A stretch of 64,000 bases of DNA from Mobula hypostoma (Eukaryota). This document shows, piece by piece, positions 1-10,745 of the stretch. The translations under genes and the position numbers were made by a program. Below the pieces are notes generated by a model. That model did not search any database. It was given only the letters and a program-made list of their open reading frames with translations, and was not told the DNA's origin. The DNA lies in NCBI RefSeq assembly GCF_963921235.1, contig NC_086108.1, positions 6,944,001-7,008,000 on the forward strand, given 5' to 3'. Positions within the stretch are counted from its first letter, which is position 1; the number at the start of each line of letters is the position of its first letter.

Positions 1-360
1 TGCTCATAAAGCTGCTAGTATGTATTGCCAGCTGTGGGTGTCAGCGAGGTGCTGTGCTTGGTCCTGAGGAATGGCTCTGTCCAGTCATACCACAGTGGGT
101 TGACCTGAGACCCAACTCAGTGTGGGTGGGGGTGTTGGGGGAAATGAGTGATTTGGCTTCCGTAATGCTGATACTAATAAAGAGGAAAGTTACATCAAAT
201 ACCTGATAAGCTGTAGGAAAAAGCTTTGAGTTCTCTCACACCAGCTCATGGTCACTGAAGTGTTGGAGTGATTAAAACCGGAGGGCTAAGTCTTGGTAGA
301 ATTAGGATCTAATTTAGTCTATTGCTGTCACATGAAGCTGACAGGAAACAGTTTGCACAG

Positions 361-730
361 TCATCATCATCATCGTTATGGTGGTCTGATGTGGGCGATC
401 ATGGTCCTTCCATGACCATGATTGTTCTTGGCAGATTTTTCTACAGATGTGGTTTGTCATTGGCTTCTGGGAGGTATCTTTACAAGACGGGTGACCCCAG
501 CCATTATCAATACTCTTCAGAGATTGTCTGCCTGGTGTCAGTGGTCACATAACCAGGACTTGTGATATGTGTCAGCTGCTCATATGACCATCCACCACCT
601 GATCCCATGTTTCCATGCGACCCTGAACCAGGGTGGGAGTGGTTAAACACCTTGCCCAAAGGTGACCTAAAGGCTAGTGGAGAGAAGGAGCACCTTATAC
701 CTGTCTTTGGTAAAGACGTATCCCTACCCT
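361..730 (-). mobile_element. SINE-like element with RTE-type 3' end and (ATG)n tail (other copies about 10400-10745 +, 12570-12690 -, 37400-37750 -, 47075-47455 -)
   Basis: The same ~350 bp unit recurs five times in the window. Its 3' part (GAAGGCAATGGCAAACCAC...TTGCCAAGAACAATCATGG) resembles RTE/BovB-mobilised SINE ends. Confidence 0.7.
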
Positions 731-789
731 GCCTCTCAAAATACCCCAACAAATATAGTCGGCACACAAAAAAACAGAATGCTGGGAAG

Positions 790-1537
790 ATCGCAGTGCA
801 GTGAACATCAGTAAGACGAAAGAGCTTATTGTCGACTTCAGGAAGGGTAAAACGAAAGAACACACACTGGTCCTCATAGAGGGATCAGAAGTGGAGAGGG
901 TGAGCAGTTTCCTGGATGTCAGCATCTCTGAGGATCTAACCTGATCCCAACATATCAGTGCCGAAGAAGGCAAGGCAGCGGGTATATTTCATCAGGAGTT
1001 TGAGGAGTTGGAATGTCACCTAAATCACTCACAAATTTCTACAGATGGACTGTGGAGATCATTCTAACTGGCTGCATCACCGTCTGGTATGGGAGGGGGA
1101 GGGTCTACTGCACAGGATTGAAATAAGCTGCAGAGAGTTGTGAACTCAGTCTGCTCCATCATGGGCACCAGCCTCCGTAATATCCAAGACATCTTCCAGG
1201 AACGGTGCCTCAAAAAGGTGACGTCTATCATTACGGATGCCACCACCCAGGACGTGCCCTCTTCTCATTGCTACCATCAGGGAGGAGGTACAGGAGCCTG
1301 AAGACACACACTCAATGATTCAGGAACAGCTTCTTCCCCTCTGCCATCAGATTTCTGAATGGACATTGAACCCATGAACACTACCTCACTACTTTCTGTT
1401 TTTACGTTTGCACTGTTTATTTAACTATTTATATACAAAATTGACATTTTTTTCTCGATCATGTATTGCATTGTACTGCTGCTGCAAAGTTAACAAATTT
1501 CATGATGTGCCAGTGATAACAAACCTGATTCTGATTC
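790..1537 (+). mobile_element. Rex1/Babar-like LINE, 5'-truncated 3' fragment
   Basis: Decayed RT C-terminal coding (KTKELIVDFRK, NFYRWTVE..LTGCITVWYG), the 3' UTR shared with other copies, and a (CTGATT)n tail. Confidence 0.8.
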
Positions 1538-1984
1538 AGTCTGAGGTAGCATCAAATTAAAGTAACAGTGACAATAACAGAGAGTCAGAGAACGAGGCAG
1601 CCCCACTGGTGGATGTGAGAGAGGTGGCCGGTTCAGGAGTCTGACAGCAAGTGGGGAAGAAGCTGTTCCTGCGTCTGGGTGTGAACTGTGCAGGAGCTGC
1701 AGTACCACTGTCTTCTACAACACAATGTCATCATTTCCAAAAGATCCCACTCGAAGCAATTCTGAGAGTGTAGTGAGAGTTGCTCGATGGGAAATCCAGC
1801 AGGCAAGTTGGGTACAGACTGAATCCGTAAACAGTTTGACAGTGCTGGGCCTCTGCGGGCTGCAGTTTAGAATGACGAAGGGGAACTCATTGAAACTAAG
1901 TGGATGTGCAGCGTATAAGGGGGGAGGTTCTAGATACAGTATAATGGGGGGGGGGTTCTAGATATAGTGTGGATTAGACTGTCC

Positions 1985-2220
1985 CAGCCCTTCGAGCCAC
2001 ACTGTCAAGTAATCCCCTGTTTAACCCTAGTCTCATCACGGGACAATTTACAATGACCAATTATCCTACCAACCGGTACGTCTTTGGACTGTGGGAGGAA
2101 ACCGGAGCATCCGGAGGAAACCCACGTGGTCACGGGGAGAATGTACACACTCCTTACAGACAAGGGTGGGAATTGAACCCGGGTTGCCTGTACTGTAAAG
2201 CATTATGCTATCCACTACAC
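1985..2220 (-). mobile_element. tRNA-derived V-SINE (HE1-like)
   Basis: Reverse complement shows a B box (GGGTTCAATTCC) and V-domain-like GGGTTTCCTCCGGATGCTCCGGTTTCCTCCCACAGTCCAAAGAC. Confidence 0.8.
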
Positions 2221-2349
2221 TAGAGTTAGTAAATCATGGACTGGCTATGTTGGCGCTAGAGCATGGTGACACTCGCAGGCTGCCCTGCACAATACTTGCT
2301 TATTTGATTTGAAGCAAATGTGCATGTGAGAAATAAAGGTAATCTCCGT

Positions 2350-2760
2350 TCTTGGCAATTTACTTGTAAACGTTTCTTCACCATACGAGGAGACAACGTC
2401 AGTGCGCTGTTGATTGTGGTGTGTCCTCCAAACGCTTGTCCTTTGTAGACTTATCAATCAGCTGATTTCAAACACTCAGTTGTGATGTGGGGAGGAAATC
2501 TCATTGCTGATAGGTTGCATGATGAGCTTTGTGCGTTTGTGGTCTGGAGTTTTGCCCACATCAGCTCATAAGTAGGATCAAGGTCTGTGTCTGTTTACAG
2601 AATTATTTGTGGAAAACCACGCTTCTCGGAATTCTCTTGCATGTTGCATGTGTGTGCTTGCACCAGGACTTTCCCTAATGCCCAGCTGGATTAGTCTCTG
2701 CCGGTGAAGGTCGAGAGGGTGGGCATCAGTGAAAGTTGCACAAGGAGACACGGCAGGCAC
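2350..2760 (-). mobile_element. Penelope-like element (family 2): GIY-YIG C-terminus plus pLTR
   Basis: The minus-strand translation AREFREAWFSTNNSVNRH matches the PLE endonuclease C-terminal motif. It is followed by a pLTR with a hammerhead-like motif at about 2365-2405. Confidence 0.7.
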
Positions 2761-3015
2761 AGAGTTTGCCACACAGCCAGTCAGCGACGAGGTTTCCCCC
2801 CACACCTCCGGTGAGTTTCTGAAACGGCGACCACTCAGCTGAGTTAAAAATATATAAGAGACAAGCATGCAGAGGACACACCACAAGTGAACAGTGCACC
2901 CATGATGTCTCCTCGTATGATGATGAAACGTTTGCAAGTAAGTTGCCAAGTTCGGAGAACAACCCACATCGACCCACATCAACCCAAACATCGACTGTCC
3001 GAGCTACACATTTTC
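2761..3015 (+). mobile_element. Inverted pLTR of PLE family 2
   Basis: Inverted copy of about 2355-2520. An inverted pLTR at a 5'-truncation point is typical PLE architecture. Confidence 0.65.
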
Positions 3016-3659
3016 TGAGTTATTTCCAAACCTAACTTCTTTAGCAGAAGTTTTTTGTTAAAAATTTATTAAAATATAGTTGACATTCTTACTAAAATAG
3101 CACCACATAACCCCGGTGATTTCAATAAACTTTTAATTTTGTTTACTGTCAGGCTGACTGATTTATTTAAAAAAAGAGAATTACTGGGAGGCGTGGGTAG
3201 TGTAGAACAAAGAAATGATGGGAGAGCAGCAGAGTTCAGTTGCGAAGTGAGTGGGCAGAAGGAATTGAGAGAAGAGTGCGGAGCCACAGCTAACCCTCAT
3301 ATCAAACTCTAGTTGGCCTCTTCACTGTCTCTATCACTTTCTGCTTTCACTTGAAAGCTCCCTTTTACCTCTGACCTTCCCTCTCTTTATCTTGTTATCT
3401 TGGCAGAGAGTTATGAGTGCACGTTTCTGTTCTGAGTTATCTGCTGTGTTGGAGAACTGGAGGCGGCCTGTGATTTCTCCTGTTGTGACTGGTTATTTCT
3501 CTTGTCAGTCAGGCAGCTTCCGTGCCCTTCACCAAGCCTGACCGATCGAAGCTGAAAAGCTGGTGCGTGATCTGTGTTCCTGGGGTTGTGCTCTCGCATT
3601 GTTGCAAGCCAGTTTTGGACATCCCTGGTGTGGCCAGTGAAAAAGATTTCAGATTGATG

Positions 3660-3915
3660 CACACAAAATGCTAGAGGGACTTGGCAGGTTGGTGATAGGT
3701 GAAGCCCGGTGAGGGAGAAGGTATGTGGGTGAAGGAGGGGTTGATGAGACTTCATCTGGCTTCACCTATCACCTGTGCTGCTTCTCCCTCCCCATCTTCT
3801 TACTCTGGTATCCTCCCCCTTCCTTTCCAGTCCTGATGAAGGGTCTTGGCCCGAAACGTCGACTGTACTCTTCCGTAGATGGAGCCTGATCTGCTGAGTT
3901 CCTTCAGCATCCTTT
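3660..3915. mobile_element. PLE family 1 pLTR fragments (inverted part about 3660-3750, plus-strand part about 3750-3915)
   Basis: Matches the pyrimidine-rich 3' region and hammerhead segment of the PLE at 41724-42960. Confidence 0.7.
3828..3865 (+). ncRNA. Minimal type-I hammerhead ribozyme motif (best-preserved copy)
   Basis: CAGTC-CTGATGA-A-GGGTCTTGGCCC-GAAAC-GTC-GACTG. It has stem I CAGUC/GACUG, core CUGAUGA, stem II GGG/CCC, GAAA, a palindromic ACGU stem III, and a GUC cleavage triplet. Confidence 0.8.
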
Positions 3916-4164
3916 GTGATAACAAGCACGACCCATGGATGTGCTGGGGGCAGCCTGCACGTATCACCACACATTCCAGCACCAACATGGTGTCTAAAAT
4001 GTTCAGCAGAATAACACAGGCAAGCTCCATTCCTCCCTCCTACACACAGACCCACGTGCGCGCACGCAATCCCCCAAGTCGTATCTGGCCTCGAGTCTCC
4101 AGCGGACTCACAGACACTGGTTCTTTGACTCCCCGAGGGCTTCAGATCTCAGGCCCCAGTATCC

Positions 4165-5090
4165 GAATCGTGTTTAGTGTCACTAGCATATGTCGTGAAA
4201 TCTGTTGTTTTGTGGCAGCAGTACATTGCAATACTTAGTAATAAAAAACTGTAAATTCCAATCAGAAATATTGTTAAAAAAATTAAATTAAATAAGTCAT
4301 GCAAAAAAAAATGGAGTTGGTGTTCATGGGTTCAACGTCCATTCGGGAATCTGGCGGAGGGGAAGCCACTGTTCCTAATGTGTTGAGTGTGTGTCTTCAG
4401 GCTCCTGATGGCAGCAGTGAGAAGAGGGCATTTCCTAGGTGATGGGGGTCCTTAATGACGGGTGCTGCCTTTTTGTGGCGTCACCTTTCGAAGGTGTCTG
4501 TGATAGTGGGAGGCCAGTTCCCATGATGGAGCTGACTGAGCTCTCAGCTCTCTGCAGCTTATTTCCGATCGTGTGCAGTGCCCCCTACGTACTAGACGGT
4601 GATTAGTGTGCTCTCCACTGTGGCGGTTGTCTGTCGTGTCCAACAATGATAGGGAACCTGTGTGGGAGAGTTTTTAAAGTGCAAAAGTCTTTGGACTGGG
4701 CAGTTCCTCTCACTGGACCTCAGAAATCTGGGTCCAGTGGTATGAAAAAGCATCTGAAACCGGCTTTTCTTGGCTGCAGTGGATGACCATGAGATCTTCT
4801 GTGCCTTGTCATGCCTTTGGCTCTCCATACTGTGTTGCCCAACTGCCTTCCTGGCCACTGGATCTGACTGTAGATCTCGTCCGCCCAGTCCGCCGGAGCT
4901 GGCTTCACATGCTGAGACAAGCGTGTCTGTACCTCGCCAGATTATGAGGCTGCTGGCTAGTCTCACCTGGTTTCGTTTCATTGTCGAAGCTGCGAGAGTC
5001 TTTGGTGACATACCAGATATCCTCAAACTCCGACTGAAATATAGCCACTGTTGTGCTGTGTTTGTAATTGCATTAACATGTTGGGCCCAC
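4165..5090 (-). mobile_element. Rex1/Babar-like 3' fragment interrupted by a ~370 bp insert (about 4625-4990)
   Basis: WAQHVNAITNTAQQWLYFSRSLRISGMSPKTL and TVESTL lie on either side of the insert, followed by the family 3' UTR. Confidence 0.7.
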
Positions 5091-6164
5091 TTGCCCTTCC
5101 CACTGCTGCTCCCTCGAGGAGGACTGAACTTCTGATTGTCCTTCAAAACAACATGTGCCGTAGTAATTACAGTGAGGAAAAGAAAACTCTATTCCAGGTC
5201 TAAAATGGTTGGAGAGATTTGGTTCCTTTAGAGAGAAACTTTGGGCATATGTTGACGATGTCATTGGAACAGAAGAGTGAGTTGAAGACATCTGGAAAGT
5301 CAGTTCGATTACAAGGACTGAGAGAAAAGGTCAAGGTTTATTTTTGCAATGTGAAGCGACTGGAGTTGGCAAAGCTGCAGCTGGAGTGGGACATTTCAGA
5401 ACAGCTGAGTGGAACTAGTGCAAGTGATGAGTGGGTTATGGTCTCTAGCCAAGGTTCCTGTTGACGCGAATTGTTGTGGGACTCCTGGGGTGTTTAAACT
5501 AAATTTATTTTACTGTGGATTTCTCGTACCTTGCTTTATTTTTGTTCCAGTTCAAATTAAAAGTTCTGAATGAGAACAGGCAGAAGTGTCTGTTCATCTT
5601 CTTTTTAACCATTGTCTTAGGATGGCAAATTGTTTGGGTTGACTAATCTTGCATGTTGCTGTGATCCTTTGCTTTCCTGAGCACAGTTCTACTACAATAT
5701 TTATGTACTTCCATTTTGAAGTATCATTTAGCATCATATGTCGTTAAATATGTCGATTTAAGTGCTGGGTCAATTTGGAAAGGTTGGGTACGGGCCAGAA
5801 CCTAGTGGCGGGGTGCAGGCCCAGATTGTACTGATGTGGCAGGGCCCAGGTCCCTGATGGTTGGACGATTTAGATGCTGGGTCAGATGAATTGAAAAGGC
5901 AGGCTGTCGGGACCAGATGCGAGGGTTGGGATGGTTCCTCTGCTCTGCAGTGGGCTGAACTGAGACTGTAGGTCTGTTCTGGACTTGGTGTCTGCAGGCT
6001 CTGCGACATTTACTCTGCTCTGCTCTGCGCTGAACTGAGGCTGTAGGTTTGTTCTGGCTGCTCCAGGCTTTGTGTCTGAGGACGCACTTTTGTTTTAAAT
6101 GCTGCTGTTTGCCTTTACTGTTTACATGATTTGTTTTTTTTTTCTCTCTGTTTTCTTGCAGGCA

Positions 6165-6640
6165 TTCACAGTAGAACACAGAAGTACAATAGAATCAGTG
6201 AAAAACTGCACACAAAGACTAATAAATTGTGCAAATACAAAAGAAATGAGTAACAATAATAAACAAGTGAATAAATAATACTGAGCACATGAATTGTAGG
6301 GTCGTTGAAAGTGAGTCCGTAGGTTGATTGGCTCAGTGTTGTGGTGAGTGAAGTTATCCACACTGGTTCAGGAGCCTGATGGTTGAGGGGTGATAACTGT
6401 TCCTGAACCTGGTGGTGTGGGACCTGAGGCTCATTGTGGTGAGCGAAGTTATCCACACTGGTTCTGGAGCCTGATGGTTGTGGGGTAAGAACTGTTCCTG
6501 AACCTGGTGGTGTTAAGACTCCTTGATGAGAGCAGAGCTTAGACTGGATGGTGGTGGAGGTCCTGGATAATGGGTGCTGCTTTCTTGTGGCAGCGCTCTT
6601 TACAGATGTGCTTAGTGGTGGGGAACGCTTTGCCTGTGAC
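6165..6640 (-). mobile_element. Rex1/Babar-like 3' fragment carrying a 95-bp tandem duplication (6341-6512)
   Basis: SLRSHTTRFRNSY-type coding end plus 3' UTR. The unit starts at both 6341 and 6436. Confidence 0.75.
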
Positions 6641-6884
6641 TGAAGGAACTAGCCTGAGCTCGGGGCCATATTAACTCCTCCTTGGAGGAGTGCCAGGATG
6701 CGCAGTGCTCCCGTGGTTCGTTCGAAGCATTGTCGTTTCTGATGGAGGGCAGAGCGAAATGGTCTTTGTTAAGGGAGTGGACAAGCTTGCACTGACTCGT
6801 ACTGTTGATGGGCGAGAGCTCTGCTGGACTTCATCGTGGGAAGTTGTATAATTCTCTGCTTGATTTCATTCTGATCCTCACAGC

Positions 6885-7240
6885 TGATCTCATTGAAACC
6901 TATTGAACGTTGAAAGGACTAGGAAGAGTGAATGTGAAGAGGATGTTTCCTATGGTGCGGGAGTCTAGGACCAGAGGTCATCACGACCTCAGAATAGAAT
7001 GGAGATGAGGAGGTATTTCTTCAGCCAGAGAGTGGTGAATCTGTGAAATTTGTTGTGGAGGCCAAGCCATTGAATACATTTAAGGCAGAGGTTGATCTAT
7101 TCTTGATTAGTCAGGGTGTGAAGGGATACAGGGAGAAGGCTGGAGATTGGGGCTGAGGAGGAAAATGGATCGGCCATGATGAGATGGTGAGGCAGACTTG
7201 ATGGGCCGAATGGCCTAATTTGCTCTGATGTCTTATGATT
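6885..7240 (+). mobile_element. CR1 LINE 3' fragment
   Basis: DLIETY, FFSQRVVNL-like coding, the GGGCCGAATGGCCT 3' stem-loop and a TCTTATG tail. Confidence 0.8.
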
Positions 7241-8024
7241 TTACCTCATGATGAGTTGACTTGTCTGGATGGCATGCAAGATGAACTTTTCACTGTACTT
7301 ACTATGTGAAAATAATAAACCAATTTGCTAATTTAATTCCCGGGAAATAGGTGGCTTCTTAGTTCTCCATGTCACTCTTTCCTATGTTTGAATTAATCTG
7401 CCAGAGTTGAAAAATAACTCTGACTTGGATAAGGAATCTTGACAGAGCCAGCCAACTCTAAAATAAATGAACCCCCATCTTCCCACAGCAGTACCGCAGT
7501 GCTGGGACTGTAATTTGAGATCGGCTTGACATCTGATGCCGCCTTTGTTTTAATCCTGCTCCCCGAGTGCCACACACACACCTGAAGTGCTGAGGGCTAA
7601 GTGTTGATTTTCCTTTGGGGAATGCTGTAAGGAAAGCCAGGCTTGGGAGTGGAGATGATGTTATTTTAATTAGAGGGAGGTCGGGTGATCTGGAGCAAGG
7701 GCCTGTTGAAGGGCCGCCCTTAATCATCATTTTGTTTACATTCACACAGTACTTTGGATAATCTGTCGGGCACTTGTGATGTCACATCAGGCAGAAATGG
7801 CAGGGATATGGAGAGACCCAGCTCAAACTTCAAAGGAATGTGTCTGTGGAACTCCATTTGCTGTGAAGCTGGATTTGAATGAATGCAGGTTATTGAATGA
7901 AGCCAGGGTCCTTTAAACTAACATGGTTTATTTGAAAGCACTTGTTTTAAACATTTCTCCCCCTTGGGTGTAGGATTTCAGTAGCTCTCCATGTTAGTCC
8001 TGACAGTGTCAATGCCTTATTCAA

Positions 8025-8330
8025 CTCGATCAGAATCAGGTCTAATTTCACTGGCAACTGTCTTGAAATTTGTTGATTTTGCTGCAGCATTACAATGAAA
8101 TACATGATAAAGTAGGAGAAACTGAACTGCAGTAATTCTATATGTATATTAAATAGTTCTGTTAAAATAAGTAGTGCAAAGACATTTTTTTTTAAGAAGT
8201 GAGATGGTGTTCATAGGTTTAACGTCTGCTCAGAAACAGGATGGTGGAGGGGAAGAGGCTGTTCCCGAATCGAAGAGTGTGTGCCTTCAGGCTTCTGTAC
8301 CTCCTTCCTGATGGTATCAATGAGAAGGGG
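8025..8330 (-). mobile_element. Rex1/Babar-like 3' end
   Basis: Reverse complement of the 1260-1537 type tail (AATCAG repeats). Confidence 0.7.
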
Positions 8331-8339
8331 GTTTAGATC

Positions 8340-8635
8340 TTGCATTCCAATGTATGCTGAGGCTTTATAAGGCCACATTTGAAGAACTGTGAACGGTTTT
8401 GTGCCCCTTACCTGAGAAAGGATGTGCCAACACTGAAGAGTCCTGGTTATACAAGAATATGTGCAGGCTCGAAGGGCCGAATGGCCTACTCCTGCACCTA
8501 TTGTCTATGTTTCTATGAATGATCCCAGGAATGGAAGGGAATGGGGAGTGTTTGGCTCTGGGCCTGTACTTGCTGGAGTTTAGAAGAATGAGGGGAGAGC
8601 TCATTAAAACCTACTGAATATTAAAGGACTAGATC
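8340..8635 (+). mobile_element. CR1 ORF2 C-terminal fragment with a nested 59-bp CR1 tail (8459-8517)
   Basis: LRLYK, PYLRKDV and LGLYLLEFRRMRGELI motifs. Confidence 0.75.
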
Positions 8636-8654
8636 AGGGATCCCCAGTTTTTTT

Positions 8655-9050
8655 TATGTTAGTGAGGTCACCTCTCATTCTTCTGAATTCCAGTGAGTAG
8701 ATGCTCAGAGACATCGAATGGTCCTCGTACGACAAGCCTTTCAATCCCGGAATAATTTTTACGAATCTCCTTTGAACCCTCTCCAATGTCATTACATCCT
8801 TTCTTAGATAAGGTGCCCAAAACTGCTCACAATACTCCAAGTGAGGCCTCACCAGTGCCTTATAAACCCCCAGCATCACATCCTTGCTTTTATATTCTAG
8901 TCTTCTCAAAATGAATGCTACATCTCATTTGGCTTCCTCACCACTGATTCAACCTGCAAATTAACTTTGAAGGAATCCTACACAAGGACTTCAAGTCCTT
9001 TTGCACCTTTTTTGAATTTTCTCTCCATTTAGAAACTAGTCTATGCTTTT
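8655..9050 (-). mobile_element. CR1 ORF2 C-terminal fragment
   Basis: ORF 8634-8909 reads YKALVRPHLEYCEQFWAPYLRKDV...LEFRRMRGDL. Confidence 0.85.
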
Positions 9051-9240
9051 ATGAAGAAAAGGGATTAGCTTGAATATACATTTGACATGGACACGAATGG
9101 GCGGAAGGGCCTTTCTCACTACTGTACAACAGCACAGGAACAGGCTTCCGCAGCCTGCACCGAACACAATGGTGAATTAATCTTAATTCTCTTCATCCAT
9201 ACCCCTCCACTTACTGCATATTCATGTGGCTATCTATTAG

Positions 9241-9960
9241 AACTGGACTACAAAGATTTTGCTTCCTGAATACTTTTGGGTATGTCTTATCATGAAAATC
9301 ACCATGAAAATTTCCCGATCATGCACCATTTTTTAAAAAAATTGCCTATATTTGTTATTTCAATTCAGAACACAAATCAAACAGGTCATCAATGTCAGGC
9401 AATTCAAAGAACTTCTAGTGGGACCGGAGAAAATTGCATGGAAGGCATTCAAGGATGTTGTTGAAAGTTTTCTTGGCAACTACAGAGCTCCAAACTATGT
9501 GCAGCTGGTTGACAACATGCTTCAAGCACACAAAACCATGAGGTGCAACATGTCACTAAAGATTCATTTTCTGCATTCCCGTTTAGACTTCTTCCCTGCA
9601 AATCTTGGCGCTGTCAGTGATGAGCATGGTGAAAGGTTTCACCAGGACATTGCGGTCATGGAGAAACGTATCAGGGCAATTGGAATTCATCAATCCTGGC
9701 TGATTATTGTTGGACACTTAAGCATGAGGCCTCTGACACTGAGCACAAATGAAAATCGTTAATAAAACATTTTTAGCTTAGTTGAACTACTGCTAAGTGT
9801 CAGCACTGTTATGCAATAAAAGTTAATTTCTTGTGTCTCCGAATTCCTACGTGATTCAAGTAGTCTGAAATTTTATTTGTGTTCAGCTTCAAGTGGTCTA
9901 TCATAAACAAAAAAAAATTCTGAGGAAGCAACACTTCTGAAGAAATTTATTTTGCCATTG
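9241..9960 (+). mobile_element. Chapaev3-like (CMC) DNA transposon, internally deleted
   Basis: Transposase C-terminus MSLKIHFLHSRLDFFPANLGAVSDEHGERFHQDI. Degenerate TIRs (AACTGGACTACAAA at the left, ...TTGCCATTG at the right) are flanked by TAG at 9238-9240 and 9961-9963. Confidence 0.75.
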
Positions 9961-10164
9961 TAGCCTTTCAAACACCACTCATATCTGTTGCCATCTAGCA
10001 GCCTGTTCCAGAAACCTCTGCTTTAACCCAGATCTCAGCGTTGTCTAATGCCAATCCTGGAGTTGACAGCATGGAAAGTGGCCTTGTGGCCCAGCTTGTC
10101 CACCCTGACCAAGCTATCAACTTGAGCTAGTCCCATTTCCCTATATTCCTTGTAATCCTCTAAA

Positions 10165-10240
10165 GTTTCCAACTGTTTTTTATGCTGTAGACCAATACCC
10201 TTAAGCAAGGGGTCTGGGGACCCCAGGTTGGGAACCTCTG
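10165..10240. mobile_element. Tiny hAT (Charlie/Buster-type) MITE
   Basis: Right TIR AGGTTGGGAACCTCTG, flanked by CTCTAAA on both sides. Confidence 0.6.
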
Positions 10241-10399
10241 CTCTAAACCATCTAAATGTCTTCTAACCAGTGTACATACCGCTGCCACTTCCTCCGGCAC
10301 CTTGTTCTTTTTACCCACCACCCTCTGAAGCTGATGGCAGAGGGGAAGTTTCAAATCTCACCTTAAGCATGTGCCCTCTAGTTTAGACCCCTCTACCCT

Positions 10400-10745
10400 G
10401 GGTGGTGGGGTGGTATAAGGTGCTCCTTCCCTCCACTATCCTGCAGGTCACCCTTGGGCAAGGTGTAGCACCTGTTTAGCACCCCCCCCCGCCCCCAAAG
10501 ATCTGGGTCATGTGAAGCCATGGGAGCAGCTGGTGCATATCACAAATCCTGGTTATGTGACCACTGGCGTCAGGCAGACAATCTCTGAAGAGTATTGATA
10601 ATGGCTGGGGTCACCTGTCTTGTAAAGACACTGCCCAGAAGGCAATGACAAACCATTTCTGTTGGGAAAAAAAATTGCCGAGAGCATTCATGACCATGGG
10701 AAGACCACGACTGGCCACATTGTACGACACGGCACATGATGATGA
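10400..10745 (+). mobile_element. RTE-tailed SINE-like element inserted in a minus-strand CR1 3' fragment (about 10060-10810)
   Basis: Same family as 361-730. ACCCTGG occurs at both junctions. Confidence 0.7.

Noticed and set aside
4592..5146. 184-aa ORF as a novel gene
   Set aside because: It is a chance read-through of a Rex1-like fragment and its non-coding insert.
5219..5464. 81-aa ORF in unique sequence
   Set aside because: No recognisable homology or convincing splice sites, and the length is within chance expectation.
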